DNA of 64,000 nt from positions 128,001-192,000 of the forward strand of contig CAVUWD010000005.1 in NCBI GenBank assembly GCA_963745025.1, read 5' to 3'. The notes below the pieces were generated by a model that worked only from the letters and a program-made list of their open reading frames with translations, had not been told where the DNA came from and did no database searches. Positions 19,610 through 28,972 of this stretch are shown in pieces (position 1 is the first letter of the stretch; each line of letters begins with the position of its first letter). A program made the translations under genes and the position numbers. The DNA is from an uncultured delta proteobacterium (GTDB lineage Bacteria; Desulfobacterota; Binatia; JACPRU01).

Positions 19610-19681
19610 TGGCAATCCGTCCGCCGAGTTTGATAGAGGGTGCCGTTGGCGGGCGTCGCGCCGCCGTCGAGGAGAGCCGAC

Positions 19682-20161
19682 ATGAGACAGATCGTCGTCC
19701 ACCAGGAAAAGTGCACGGCCTGCCGCGAATGCGAGATGGCCTGCTCGTTCGAGCACGAGCAAGCGTTTAATCCGGCGCTGTCGCGGATCCGCGTCCAGGA
19801 TTTCTACGACGAGCAGTTCTACCTGCCGATGGTCTGCGTGCACTGCGCCGATGCGCCGTGCGCCACGGTCTGCCCGACAGTGGCGATCACGCGTGAATCG
19901 AGCGGGCAGGTCAAGGTTCACGAAGACCGCTGCATCGGCTGCAAAATGTGCCTGCTGGCCTGTCCGTTCGGGGTGATGGGCTTCACGCCCAGCACGGGCG
20001 TAGCGCACAACTGCGACTTCTGTGACGGTGACCCGCAGTGCGTGAAGTTCTGCGTGCCGCAGGCGCTCACCTACGAAGAGGTCGAGACCAACGCGACGGC
20101 GCGGCAGAAGTTCGCCGCGGCGATCGCCCACGGCGCCATGTTGGGAGCATCCGGGCAGTAA
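19682..20161 (+). CDS. 4x[4Fe-4S] electron-transfer subunit (DmsB/AorA-like)
   Basis: CTACRECEMAC, CVHCADAPCATVCP, CIGCKMCLLACP, CDFC...PQCVKFC. Confidence 0.9.
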   Translation: MRQIVVHQEKCTACRECEMACSFEHEQAFNPALSRIRVQDFYDEQFYLPMVCVHCADAPCATVCPTVAITRESSGQVKVHEDRCIGCKMCLLACPFGVMGFTPSTGVAHNCDFCDGDPQCVKFCVPQALTYEEVETNATARQKFAAAIAHGAMLGASGQ

Positions 20162-20178
20162 GACGCCGGGGAGGTACC

Positions 20179-21696
20179 ATGCGGGGCAAGTATGTCCTGA
20201 TCGGTAACAGCGCCGCGTCGCTCGCCGCGATCGACTGGATCCGCAAGCATGACCGCGACGGTTCGATCCTCGTGCTCAACCGCGAGAAAGGCGTGGCCTA
20301 CTCGCGCGTTGCGCTCCCGTACTACGTGTCGGGTCAGCGCACGCTCGAGAGCCTGATGATCCGCCAGAAGCCCGACTACGACCGTCTCGGTGTCACGCTC
20401 GTCGAAGAGGCCAACGTCGCTGCGATCGATCCCGGGGCGCACCGGGTCGAGCTATCCGACGGTCGAACGGTCGGATACGAGAAGCTGTTGATCGGCACCG
20501 GATCGGAAACGATCGCGCCGCCGATTGCGGGCTTGAAGGACGTCCCGCATCACTACCTCTGGACGCTCGACGATGCGATCGGCCTCAAGAAGGCAACCGA
20601 GAAAGCCAAGCGGGCCCTGGTGATCGGCGGCGGCTTCATCGGCATGCTCGCCGCCGAGGCGCTCCGCAAGCTCAAGATGAAGCTGGTGATCGTAGAAATG
20701 GCCGACCAGCTGATGCCCCAGCTCCTCGACGCGGAAGGAGGTAGGATCTTCGCCCGTGCGGTCACGGGTTCCGGCGTCGATCTTCGGCTCAGCAGTCAGG
20801 CGGATTCCGTCGCGAAGAAGGGTGCGGCCATCTCCGTCAGGTTGAAGAACGGCTCCGAGATCGAGACTGACGTCCTCGTCGTGGCCGCCGGCGTGCGGCC
20901 GAACCTTGAGTGCTTGAAGAATGGTGCGGTCAAGACCAACAAGGGTATCGTGGTCGACGCGGCGTTGCAGACGACCGCGGCCGACGTCTACGCGGCGGGC
21001 GATGTCGCCGAGGTTCGAGACTTCGTGAGCGGCGAGCCGGCCGTCCACGCGATCTGGCCGACGGCCGTCGACGAGGGGCGCGTGGCGGGAGCGAGCATGG
21101 CCGGCCGCGTCGTCGCCTATCCGGGAAGCCTCGGCATGAACGTGGTCGCGCTGTTCGACGTCACGCTCGCCGAGCTCGGCCGCTTCCGCGAGGCGCCGGG
21201 CGACTCGATCGAGATCTCCGGCTCGAGCCAGAGCTCGCACTACCGCAAGGTAGTGCTCGACTCCGGAGGCGTCCTGGTGGGGGCCATGTTCCTCGGCGAC
21301 GAAAACGGCGTGGCCGAGATGGGTGTGATCCACCACGCGATCAAGCGTCGCGAGCCCTGGAAGCAGTTCGTCGCGCAGGGCCTGCGTCCGACGGCCTCCT
21401 ACGCCGCGATGTTCGCTCGAGTGCTCGCCGGCGCTGCCGAAGATGGCGAAGCCGGCATGACGGTTCGCGTGACGCTGCACGCGATCCTGCGCAAGTTCTT
21501 ACCGCCCAACTCCGTCGACCACACCGCGGTGCTCGAGCTGCCCGACGGCGCCACGGTCGCCGACGCGATCACGCGGCTCGGGATTCCGCCCAAGCACGCG
21601 AGCATGCTGTTGTCGGGCGACGACTATCTGAAGCTCGAGACGCCGCTCCGCGACGGCCAGCAGGTGAACGTGTTTCCCCCGCTCGCTGGAGGATAG
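20179..21696 (+). CDS. FAD/NAD(P)H-dependent oxidoreductase (NirB/AorC-like), read in frame with a C-terminal MoaD/ThiS domain
   Basis: IGNSAA, LLIGTGS, VIGGGFIG and YAAGDVAE; C-terminus ...FPPLAGG. Confidence 0.85.
   Translation: MRGKYVLIGNSAASLAAIDWIRKHDRDGSILVLNREKGVAYSRVALPYYVSGQRTLESLMIRQKPDYDRLGVTLVEEANVAAIDPGAHRVELSDGRTVGYEKLLIGTGSETIAPPIAGLKDVPHHYLWTLDDAIGLKKATEKAKRALVIGGGFIGMLAAEALRKLKMKLVIVEMADQLMPQLLDAEGGRIFARAVTGSGVDLRLSSQADSVAKKGAAISVRLKNGSEIETDVLVVAAGVRPNLECLKNGAVKTNKGIVVDAALQTTAADVYAAGDVAEVRDFVSGEPAVHAIWPTAVDEGRVAGASMAGRVVAYPGSLGMNVVALFDVTLAELGRFREAPGDSIEISGSSQSSHYRKVVLDSGGVLVGAMFLGDENGVAEMGVIHHAIKRREPWKQFVAQGLRPTASYAAMFARVLAGAAEDGEAGMTVRVTLHAILRKFLPPNSVDHTAVLELPDGATVADAITRLGIPPKHASMLLSGDDYLKLETPLRDGQQVNVFPPLAGG
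21457..21696 (+). CDS. MoaD/ThiS-family ubiquitin-like sulfur carrier (separate gene or fused domain)
   Basis: MTVRVTLHAILRKFLP...GATVAD...L.DG..V.VFPPLAGG, ending in di-Gly. Confidence 0.8.
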   Translation: MTVRVTLHAILRKFLPPNSVDHTAVLELPDGATVADAITRLGIPPKHASMLLSGDDYLKLETPLRDGQQVNVFPPLAGG

Positions 21697-21709
21697 CAGA
21701 CCTCGGACC

Positions 21710-22321
21710 TCAGCAAGAGACTCCAGGCGTCTTGCTGAAGCCTGAAGCCGGCTTGGTGAGCGTCGCGTAGTAGAGAGCGCGGCCCTCGGCGCGGTACTTG
21801 TGCTCGAAGTTCGTGAGCGGCCGCCCGAGCGGTGTCGGCTCGCTCCCTCTCACGATCGTGAAGGGCGCGCGGGAGAGCTCTTCGATCATCGCCGCGAAAC
21901 GCTCGCGGACGTCGGTCGCGAGATGAAGCACGCAGCCCGGTGCAAGCGTGCGCCAAAGCTCGCCGGCGAAGTCGCTCTGCACGAGCCGCCGCTTGTGATG
22001 GCGGCGCTTCCACCACGGGTCCGGAAAATAAAGATGGTATGCGTGGATGCTGCCGTCGCTCACGAATCGCGCAACCACGACGGCGGCGTCGGCGCAGAGC
22101 ACACGTACGTTCGATTGCGGGGCGCGCGCCAGGCGCTCGCCGATCCATCGCGCCCAGCGCGGCTGGTTCTCGATCGCGAGCAAGTTCGTTTCGGGATGCT
22201 GCCGCGCGTACGCGAGCAGGAACGCGCCTTTCCCAGAGCCGATCTCGATCTCGACGGGACGAGCATTGCCGAAGATCTCGCTCCAATTCACTTGCGGCTG
22301 CGGCGCGAAGATCACCAGCAC
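21710..22321 (-). CDS. trmB: tRNA (guanine-N7)-methyltransferase
   Basis: EIEIGSGKG, FPDPWWKRRHHKRRL, LATD, TNFE.KY. Confidence 0.92.
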   Translation of the reverse strand: MLVIFAPQPQVNWSEIFGNARPVEIEIGSGKGAFLLAYARQHPETNLLAIENQPRWARWIGERLARAPQSNVRVLCADAAVVVARFVSDGSIHAYHLYFPDPWWKRRHHKRRLVQSDFAGELWRTLAPGCVLHLATDVRERFAAMIEELSRAPFTIVRGSEPTPLGRPLTNFEHKYRAEGRALYYATLTKPASGFSKTPGVSC

Positions 22322-22548
22322 GGCTTGCTATCACGCGAGCGAAAAAAATTCTTGCAATCGATTTCGAGCTGCGCTACGACGCCGCGCTCGAGCGTCAACT
22401 CGTCTCTCCGAGATACGCAGAAATGCCGGTGGCACGAATTCAACCACGGCCCCGAAAAAAAGGGGGCCGAGGGGGAATTCCCGTCCGACCTGTGGACGTC
22501 GCTGTGGACGTTGCCTGCAACCGGGGAGAAACGCTGGGCGCGGATCCG

Positions 22549-22568
22549 TTATCCCCACGTGTGGATAA
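22549..22568. promoter_or_regulatory. Inverted pair of DnaA boxes upstream of dnaA
   Basis: TTATCCCCA (22549-22557, one mismatch) and TGTGGATAA (22560-22568, perfect reverse complement of TTATCCACA); weaker TGTGGAC copies at 22491 and 22503. Confidence 0.8.
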
Positions 22569-22594
22569 TCGGATTCGCTCAGGAGGGGGGAGCG

Positions 22595-23893
22595 GTGCCG
22601 CAAGTGCTTTGGCAGCAGACCCTGAGCCAGTTGAAGGGGCGATTGTCGGCGACGGAGCTCGGGTGTTGGGTGCAAGCCATTCACCCCGTGGAAATCCGCG
22701 AGCGTCGGCTCTACGGCGAAGTGCCGAGCGTGATGCACCTCGAGCAGATCCGCAATCGTCTTCAGGGGGAGATTGCCGGGGTACTGGGGGAGCTGCTCGG
22801 GTCCGGCGCGGAGCTCGTGCTCTCCGTCAACCGCCTGCGGGTGCCGCCCGTCGTGGACCTGGACCCGAGGCCTGCGGAAGCCGGGCCGGCGAGTCGCTAC
22901 GGATTCGAGAGCTTCGTCATCGGGGAGAGCAATTCGCTTGCCCATGCGAGCGCGCGGGAAGTCGCCAATCACCCCGGCGTTACCTACAACCCGCTCTTTC
23001 TCTACGGCGGCGTCGGGCTCGGCAAGACACATCTCGCCACCGCGATTGCTCGATCCCTCGCGAAGCGCCCGCGACTTCGGATCGCGATGCTCTCCGCGGA
23101 AGCCTTCGCGAACGACTTGATTCGAGCCCTTCTCACGGGAGCCATCGACGCGTTCCGCGCGCGCGTTCGGCAGCTCGACGTGCTGATCGTCGACGACATC
23201 CAATTTCTTGCGGGCAAGGAGCGCATGCAGGAAGAATTCTTCCACACCTTCAACGCGCTGCATGCGGCGGGGAAACAGATCGTCCTCGTCAGCGATCAGG
23301 CGCCGCGGTCGATCTCGAATCTCGAAGAGCGGCTGCAGAGCCGCTTCGAATCCGGTCTCACGACGGAAATTCGCATTCCCGAAGCACCGCTTCGCCTCGC
23401 CATCCTCGCCTCCAAGGCGAAGGGGCTGGGCTTCGATCTGTCGCTCGAGGTGGCGCAGTGGGTAGCGAGCAAGGTCGTATCGAGCGTGCGTGAGCTCGAG
23501 GGAGCGCTCCACCGGTTGGTCGCGGCTTGTCGCTGCAGCCGTCGGTCGCTTGATGTCGGCTTCGCCAAAGAGGTCCTGCGCCCGATCCTGCGGACCCCTC
23601 CGGCCCGCACGGTCGAACAAGTGCAGCGGATCGTCGCCGAGCGCTTTCAGCTGAGAGCCGAGGACCTCGTTCGTCGCGGGCGCACGACCCGTATCCGCCT
23701 CCCCCGGCAGGTGGCGATGTATCTCGCACGCAAGGGAACCAAGGCGACCTATGAGGAGATTGCTGCGGGGTTCGGCGGGCGGGACCACTCGACGATCATG
23801 CATGCCGTCAAGTGCGTCGAAGCGCGCCGCCACCAAGAGCCGGAATTCGCCGTTCTCGTGGATCAGCTCGCCGAGAAGCTGGCGTCGGCGTGA
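22595..23893 (+). CDS. dnaA: Chromosomal replication initiator DnaA (divergent, possibly a paralogue)
   Basis: F..FVIG.SN, YNPLFLYGGVGLGKTHL, DDIQFL, QEEFFHTFN, RL.SRF, VRELEGAL, RQVAMYL, GGRDHST. Confidence 0.93.
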   Translation: MPQVLWQQTLSQLKGRLSATELGCWVQAIHPVEIRERRLYGEVPSVMHLEQIRNRLQGEIAGVLGELLGSGAELVLSVNRLRVPPVVDLDPRPAEAGPASRYGFESFVIGESNSLAHASAREVANHPGVTYNPLFLYGGVGLGKTHLATAIARSLAKRPRLRIAMLSAEAFANDLIRALLTGAIDAFRARVRQLDVLIVDDIQFLAGKERMQEEFFHTFNALHAAGKQIVLVSDQAPRSISNLEERLQSRFESGLTTEIRIPEAPLRLAILASKAKGLGFDLSLEVAQWVASKVVSSVRELEGALHRLVAACRCSRRSLDVGFAKEVLRPILRTPPARTVEQVQRIVAERFQLRAEDLVRRGRTTRIRLPRQVAMYLARKGTKATYEEIAAGFGGRDHSTIMHAVKCVEARRHQEPEFAVLVDQLAEKLASA

Positions 23894-23899
23894 GAAGAC

Positions 23900-23968
23900 G
23901 GCTGCCGGCTTCCGGCTCCCGCAGAGGCACGGGGCGTCTTAGTCGGTAGCTGGCAGCCGGTAGCCGGT
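23900..23968. repeat. REP-like heptamer palindrome between convergent genes
   Basis: ggctgcc ggcttcc ggctccc ... ggtagct ggcagcc ggtagcc. Confidence 0.8.
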
Positions 23969-23982
23969 TGCTCTCTCAGATC

Positions 23983-25143
23983 TTATTCCGCTCGATCAGC
24001 TGCCGCGCGATGACCGTCCGCTGGATCTCGTTGGTGCCCTCGCCGATGATCATGAGCGGCGCATCGCGGTAGTAGCGCTCGACGCGGAACTCCTTCGATG
24101 TAGCCGTAGCCGCCGAGGATGCGCATCGCCTCGAGGCTGACCTCCTGGCAGGTCTCCGAGGCGAAGAGCTTGGCCATCCCGGCCTCGAGATCGCAGCGCT
24201 CGCCGCGGTCCTTCATGGCCGCCGCCTGGCGTAGGTCAGCAGGCGCGCGGCCTCGATCTTGGTCGCCATGTCGGCGAGCTTCAGCTGGATCGCCTGGTGC
24301 TCGCAGATCGGCTTGCCGAAGGTCTCGCGCTGCTGGCTGTAGCGGATCGCGTCCTCGAACGCCGCGCGCGCCACGCCGACGGCGCGAGCCGCGATGTTGA
24401 TGCGTCCGACCTCGAGCCCGGCGAGCACCTGCTTGAAGCCCTGGCCCTCTGACGCCGCCGATCAGGTTCGTCGGCCGGCACGCGGAAGTCCTCGAAGATC
24501 GACCTCGCAGGTCTCGATGCCCTTGTAGCCGAGCTTGTCGAGGTCGCGCGCCGACGGTGACGCCCGGGCCCTTCTCGGCGAGCGAGCAGGCTGATGCCCT
24601 TGTGCGGCGGGTCGGCTGTCGGGATCGGTCTTACCACGAGCGGTAGAACAGCGTGGCGGTGCGCGGCGTTGGTGATGAACATCTTCGAGCCGTTCACCAC
24701 GTAGTGGTCGCCCTCGCGGACTGCCGTGGTGCGGATGCGCTGCATGTCGCTGCCGGCGTGCGGCTCGGTCAGGCAGAGCGCCGCCGCGGTGCTCGCCGCG
24801 CGCCATCGCCGGGAGATAGCGCTTCTTCTGCTGCGTCGGTGCCGAAGGTCGTTGAGGACGAAGGCGAACATCAGGTGCGTGTTCAGGACGCCCGAGAGGC
24901 TCATCCAGCCGCGGCAGAGCTCCTCGACGATCATCGCGTAGGTCGTGTAGTCGAGGCCGAGGCCGCCGTACTCGGCCGGGATCGTCGCGCCGAAGAGGCC
25001 GAGCTCCTTCATGCGCTCGACGAGCGGCGTCGGATAGTCGTCGGCGTGCTCGAACGCGACTCGCGATCGGCATCACCTCGCGCTCGACGAAGCGGCGTAC
25101 CGTCTCGAGAATCTGCTCCTGTTCGGGCGTGCGGGAAAGTACG
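23983..25143 (-). pseudogene. Acyl-CoA dehydrogenase with many indels, probably sequence errors
   Basis: [48 protein letters not shown] and GEGTNEIQR fall in shifting frames; start approximate. Confidence 0.88.
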
Positions 25144-25240
25144 GCGCGGCCTCCTACGGCGGATGGAGTAGTTTCTCACGTTGGCTCAGGCCGGGCAATA
25201 CGCGCGGCGGGCAGGAGTACCTGCGCAGAAAATTCCTTTT

Positions 25241-25272
25241 TTTGTCACGCAGAAAGTTTGTCACGCAGAAAG
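25241..25272 (+). repeat. Perfect 16-bp tandem direct repeat next to a promoter
   Basis: TTTGTCACGCAGAAAG twice, immediately before TTGACG(25275)-N18-TAGGAT. Confidence 0.8.
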
Positions 25273-25312
25273 TTTTGACGGCGTGCCGCCCCTCGCGCTA
25301 GGATACCGCGCG

Positions 25313-25888
25313 ATGCGGGGTAGCATGGGTCGGTCGAGAGCCTCGGTCGCGGTTTGGGTCGGCGTCATCTTTCTCGGATTCGCCACGTGGGCTTCGGCGG
25401 GAGCCTTCCGGATCATCGTGTGGAAGCAGAGCCACGTCCTGGAGGTAGTGAATGCCGACAAGGTGATCCGCCGCTACCCGATCTCCCTCGGGATCGCCCC
25501 GGTTGGACGGAAGGAAGTCCGGGGGGACGGAAAGACGCCGGTCGGCAGGTACTACGTCTATGAGAAGCGGCCGAGCGACCGCTTCCGCTGGTTCCTCGCG
25601 CTCAACTATCCCGGCAGCGACGACGCCGATCGTGCCTTCGAGGCGGGGCGGATCTCGGCGGATACCTGGGCGGACATTTGGATCGCCGACAGGACCGGCC
25701 AGACGCCACCTTGGAACACACCGCTCGGCGCCTTCGTCGGTATTCACGGGACGGGCACCGATGCCCGCAAGGCGAGGCTTCGCCTTGCTTCCGACTGGAC
25801 GAACGGGTGCATCGCGGTCAGTGATCACGACATCGAGGAGCTCTACGCGCTGATCCCAGTTGGCACCGCCGTCGAGATCCACGAGTAG
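25313..25888 (+). CDS. L,D-transpeptidase (YkuD family) with signal peptide
   Basis: K...GD.KTP.G.Y, LNYP, GIHG and WTNGCIAV catalytic His/Cys. Confidence 0.88.
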   Translation: MRGSMGRSRASVAVWVGVIFLGFATWASAGAFRIIVWKQSHVLEVVNADKVIRRYPISLGIAPVGRKEVRGDGKTPVGRYYVYEKRPSDRFRWFLALNYPGSDDADRAFEAGRISADTWADIWIADRTGQTPPWNTPLGAFVGIHGTGTDARKARLRLASDWTNGCIAVSDHDIEELYALIPVGTAVEIHE

Positions 25889-25979
25889 TCCCGCGCCCAC
25901 ACGGGGCGCGTTCGCTCGACAGGGTTTCTCGGCCAGAGATCGTTCGCGACCAACGGCAGCGGTCCCCCGACGCAGTCTC

Positions 25980-26723
25980 CTAGCGAAAGAGGTCTTTGGA
26001 GCGCTCGCGCAGGAGTTCCGCGGACCGACCTTCGCCGCGCTGGTAGGGATAGCCGCGCACGAGCACGGCGGGGATCCCTTGGTCCTTGTCCATGAGCAGT
26101 CCGGCCGCGGCGGCAAGCTCGTCCGCCACCGCGACGACTGTGTGATGAAGCTCTCTCCCGGTGAGATCGCGCTTGCCGCGAAAATCCAGCAGCGGGAGAA
26201 AGCCCGCGATGCCGATCGCCACCTCCACCAAGCCTTCTCGCCAGGGCCGACCGAACGTATCGGTGATGAGCACGGGGAGGTCGAGCGACTCGCGGTCGCG
26301 CAATCCCGCGTAGAGCCGCTGCGCCGAAGCGTCGGGATCTGCGGGCAGCAGGATGACGGTCGAGGCGTCGAGGCTGTTCGACTCGTCCACGCCGGCGTTT
26401 GCGCAGACGAAGCCCTGCCGAGTTTCCACGATCAGGTGCTTCTGATCCATGCGCACGATCCGTCGGGTCTCACCGAGGATGACTTCGACGATGCACGGGT
26501 CCTTTTCTATCTCGCGGCCGATCTGCTCGGCGACCGCCGAAGCGTGGACGCGAGCGAGGTCCACGACGCGGCCTTCGGCCTTCGACACCGCCTTCTGACA
26601 GACGACGAGCAGATCGCCGTCCTCCACCGCGGAGCGACGGGCGGCCGCCGCGAGCAGCGCGACGAGATCGTCGCCGGGGCGGATCGCTGGAATCCCTTCG
26701 AGCGGTATGAGCTGGATCGGCAT
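25980..26723 (-). CDS. cofE: Coenzyme F420-0:L-glutamate ligase
   Basis: GDDL, QKAVSKAEGR, CANAGVDESN, LP.DPD.SA, DTFGRPWREG, DELAAAA. Confidence 0.95.
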   Translation of the reverse strand: MPIQLIPLEGIPAIRPGDDLVALLAAAARRSAVEDGDLLVVCQKAVSKAEGRVVDLARVHASAVAEQIGREIEKDPCIVEVILGETRRIVRMDQKHLIVETRQGFVCANAGVDESNSLDASTVILLPADPDASAQRLYAGLRDRESLDLPVLITDTFGRPWREGLVEVAIGIAGFLPLLDFRGKRDLTGRELHHTVVAVADELAAAAGLLMDKDQGIPAVLVRGYPYQRGEGRSAELLRERSKDLFR

Positions 26724-26724
26724 C

Positions 26725-27681
26725 TCAGCCCGCGCGCTTGCGTAGTGAACGCGCGAGTTCCAGGGCCGCGCGCGCGACGGCGATGCTCCTCGCCATCGTG
26801 TCCATCCGAATGTCTGCCGCGACCACCGCGATCCCCTCGCGCTCGATCTCCGCACGCAGCGCGATGTCTGCAGAGTCGATCACCATCCCGTCGAGAAGTC
26901 CACGGTAGACGTTCGCCAGGCTGAGGGGCGAGACGGAATGCCCGGCGGCGCGCAGCATGCCGCCAAGCGGACCACGAACCGCCCGCCCCGCGGCAATCGG
27001 GCTCACGGCGATGAGCGGCGCCTGCCGCTCGCGCACGGCGCGCTCGACTCCGGCCACACCCAGAATCGGTCGGATGCTCGTGAACGGGTTGCTCGGCGGC
27101 AGCAGCAACAGATCGGCTCGGTGGATTGCCTCGAGCACGCCAGGCGCAGGGCGCGCTGCGCGCAGACCGCGATAGGAGAGACGAGCGACCGGATCGCGTG
27201 CCCGCCGGTGTACGAAGTACTCCTGGAACGGGAGCCGGCGCCCCTCCCGGGTGTGGACGAACGTCCGCACCGGATCGTCGGACATTGGCAGAACGTGCGC
27301 GCGAAGGCCGAAGGCGCGCGCGATCGCCGCGGTCACTTCGTGGAGCCCGCGGCCGGAAGCGAGGGCATGCGTGCGGTAGATGTGCGTGGCCAGATCGTGA
27401 TCGCCGAGCGCGAACCAGCCGTGCCGGTAGAAGCGTTGCAGCGCGGAAAGCACGCGCTGCGAGTCGCGGGCGATACCCCAGCCGCGATCCCGGGGCGCGG
27501 CCCCGGCCAGGTTGTAGACGGTCGTGTCGAGATCCGGCGAGACGTGCAATCCGTAGAATTCCTCGTCGTCTGCGGTATTGACGATCACGGAAAGCCGATG
27601 GGCAGGGATGATTCGCGCAACGCCGCGGAGCAGCCGCGCCGCGCCGACCCCGCCGGCAAGGGCGGTCACGCGCTCGGACAC
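26725..27681 (-). CDS. cofD: 2-phospho-L-lactate transferase
   Basis: LAGGVGAAR, NTADD, SPDLDT, WF.LGD.DLATH, PMSDD, FQEYFV, PSNP..SI.PIL. Confidence 0.95.
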   Translation of the reverse strand: MSERVTALAGGVGAARLLRGVARIIPAHRLSVIVNTADDEEFYGLHVSPDLDTTVYNLAGAAPRDRGWGIARDSQRVLSALQRFYRHGWFALGDHDLATHIYRTHALASGRGLHEVTAAIARAFGLRAHVLPMSDDPVRTFVHTREGRRLPFQEYFVHRRARDPVARLSYRGLRAARPAPGVLEAIHRADLLLLPPSNPFTSIRPILGVAGVERAVRERQAPLIAVSPIAAGRAVRGPLGGMLRAAGHSVSPLSLANVYRGLLDGMVIDSADIALRAEIEREGIAVVAADIRMDTMARSIAVARAALELARSLRKRAG

Positions 27682-27688
27682 GGTATCC

Positions 27689-28972
27689 TTAGTTTTCGCC
27701 TGCAGCCCGGCGAAACGCGGGATGCTCGAAACGAAACTGCGACGACTCGGTCAGCTCCCGGTACGAGCCGAACACGGCGTCGGAGTCCGTGACGCGGTCG
27801 AGCGCCGTCTCGACGTCGTCCGGACCGTCGAAGCGCTTGCGGATCGAATAGAGCGTGGACCGCTCCGCGGGGATGCGTCCCGACTGGCGAATGAGCGTCC
27901 GCAGTCGTCGCGGCGACTGCAGCTGGCCGAAGCTCGCTCCCGCCGAGGTCGAAATGCTCTCGTTGATGAGCGTTCCGCCCATGTCGTTGCACCCGGCGTT
28001 CAGAAGGTATGCGGAGAAACGCGGACCTTCCTTCACCCACGATGTCTGCACGTTACGGAAGCTCGGGCCGAGCATGATGCGCGCGAGCGCGTGCATGGCC
28101 ACGACTTCCGCAGCATCGGCGCCGCGCCGCGCCTGGGCCACGAGATGACGGAACGTCATCGGCGCTTCCTGGTGAATGAACGACAGCGGCACGAACTCGG
28201 TGAAGCCGTGCGTTTGGTGCTGGATGTCGCGCAGGAGCGTCAGGTGTTCCACCCACTGATCCGGTCGATCGATGTGCCCGTACATGATCGTCGAGGTGGT
28301 GCGGATGCCGAGCGCGTGAGCCGAGGTGATCACCTCGATCCACTGGTCGCGGGTGATCCGGCCCGGCGCGATGCGATCGCGAACCTCCTGAACGAGGATC
28401 TCGGCCGAGGTGCCGGGCAGGGTATCGAGGCCCGCTTCCTTCAGTGCCTTCAGATAGGCCGGGATCGAGACGCCCGCGCGGACCGATCCGTAGAGGACCT
28501 CTTCGGGCGAGAAGGCGTGAATGTGGATGTCCGGCAGCTCGAGCTTGATGGCCTTGCAGATCTCGACGTAGAGCCAACCATCCATCTTCGGCGGCAAGCC
28601 CGCTTGGATGCAGACCTCCGTCGCGCCGTAATCCCATGCCTCTCGCGCGCGCCGCACCAGCTCGGGGATCGGCAACCAGTAGCCTTGCTCGGCGCGGTGG
28701 TCACGGCTGAAGGCGCAGAAGGTGCAGTGCTTGATGCAGACGTTCGTGAAGTTGATGTTGCGGTTGACGACGTAGGTGACGACGTCGCCGGCCTGCCGTC
28801 GCCGCAGCTCGTCGGCGACTTGCGCGACGACTCCGAGCGCGAAACCGCGCGCGGTGGCGACGCGAAGGGCGTCCTCGCCGCCGATCTCGCCGTCCTCGAG
28901 GGCGCGGGCGAGCGCGAAGCGCAGCGGCCGATCGATGGCAGAGAGCAGCCGGTTCAGCTCAGTCTCGGGCAT
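27689..28972 (-). CDS. cofH: FO synthase subunit 2 (radical SAM)
   Basis: VTYVVNRNINFTNVCIKHCTFCAFS, PGTSAEIL, TIMYGH, GFTEFVPL, ND.GGTL.NESI. Confidence 0.93.
   Translation of the reverse strand: MPETELNRLLSAIDRPLRFALARALEDGEIGGEDALRVATARGFALGVVAQVADELRRRQAGDVVTYVVNRNINFTNVCIKHCTFCAFSRDHRAEQGYWLPIPELVRRAREAWDYGATEVCIQAGLPPKMDGWLYVEICKAIKLELPDIHIHAFSPEEVLYGSVRAGVSIPAYLKALKEAGLDTLPGTSAEILVQEVRDRIAPGRITRDQWIEVITSAHALGIRTTSTIMYGHIDRPDQWVEHLTLLRDIQHQTHGFTEFVPLSFIHQEAPMTFRHLVAQARRGADAAEVVAMHALARIMLGPSFRNVQTSWVKEGPRFSAYLLNAGCNDMGGTLINESISTSAGASFGQLQSPRRLRTLIRQSGRIPAERSTLYSIRKRFDGPDDVETALDRVTDSDAVFGSYRELTESSQFRFEHPAFRRAAGEN

Noticed and set aside
22428-22443. TGGCACGAATTCAACC as a sigma-54 promoter for dnaA
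   Set aside because: The -12 GC is missing.
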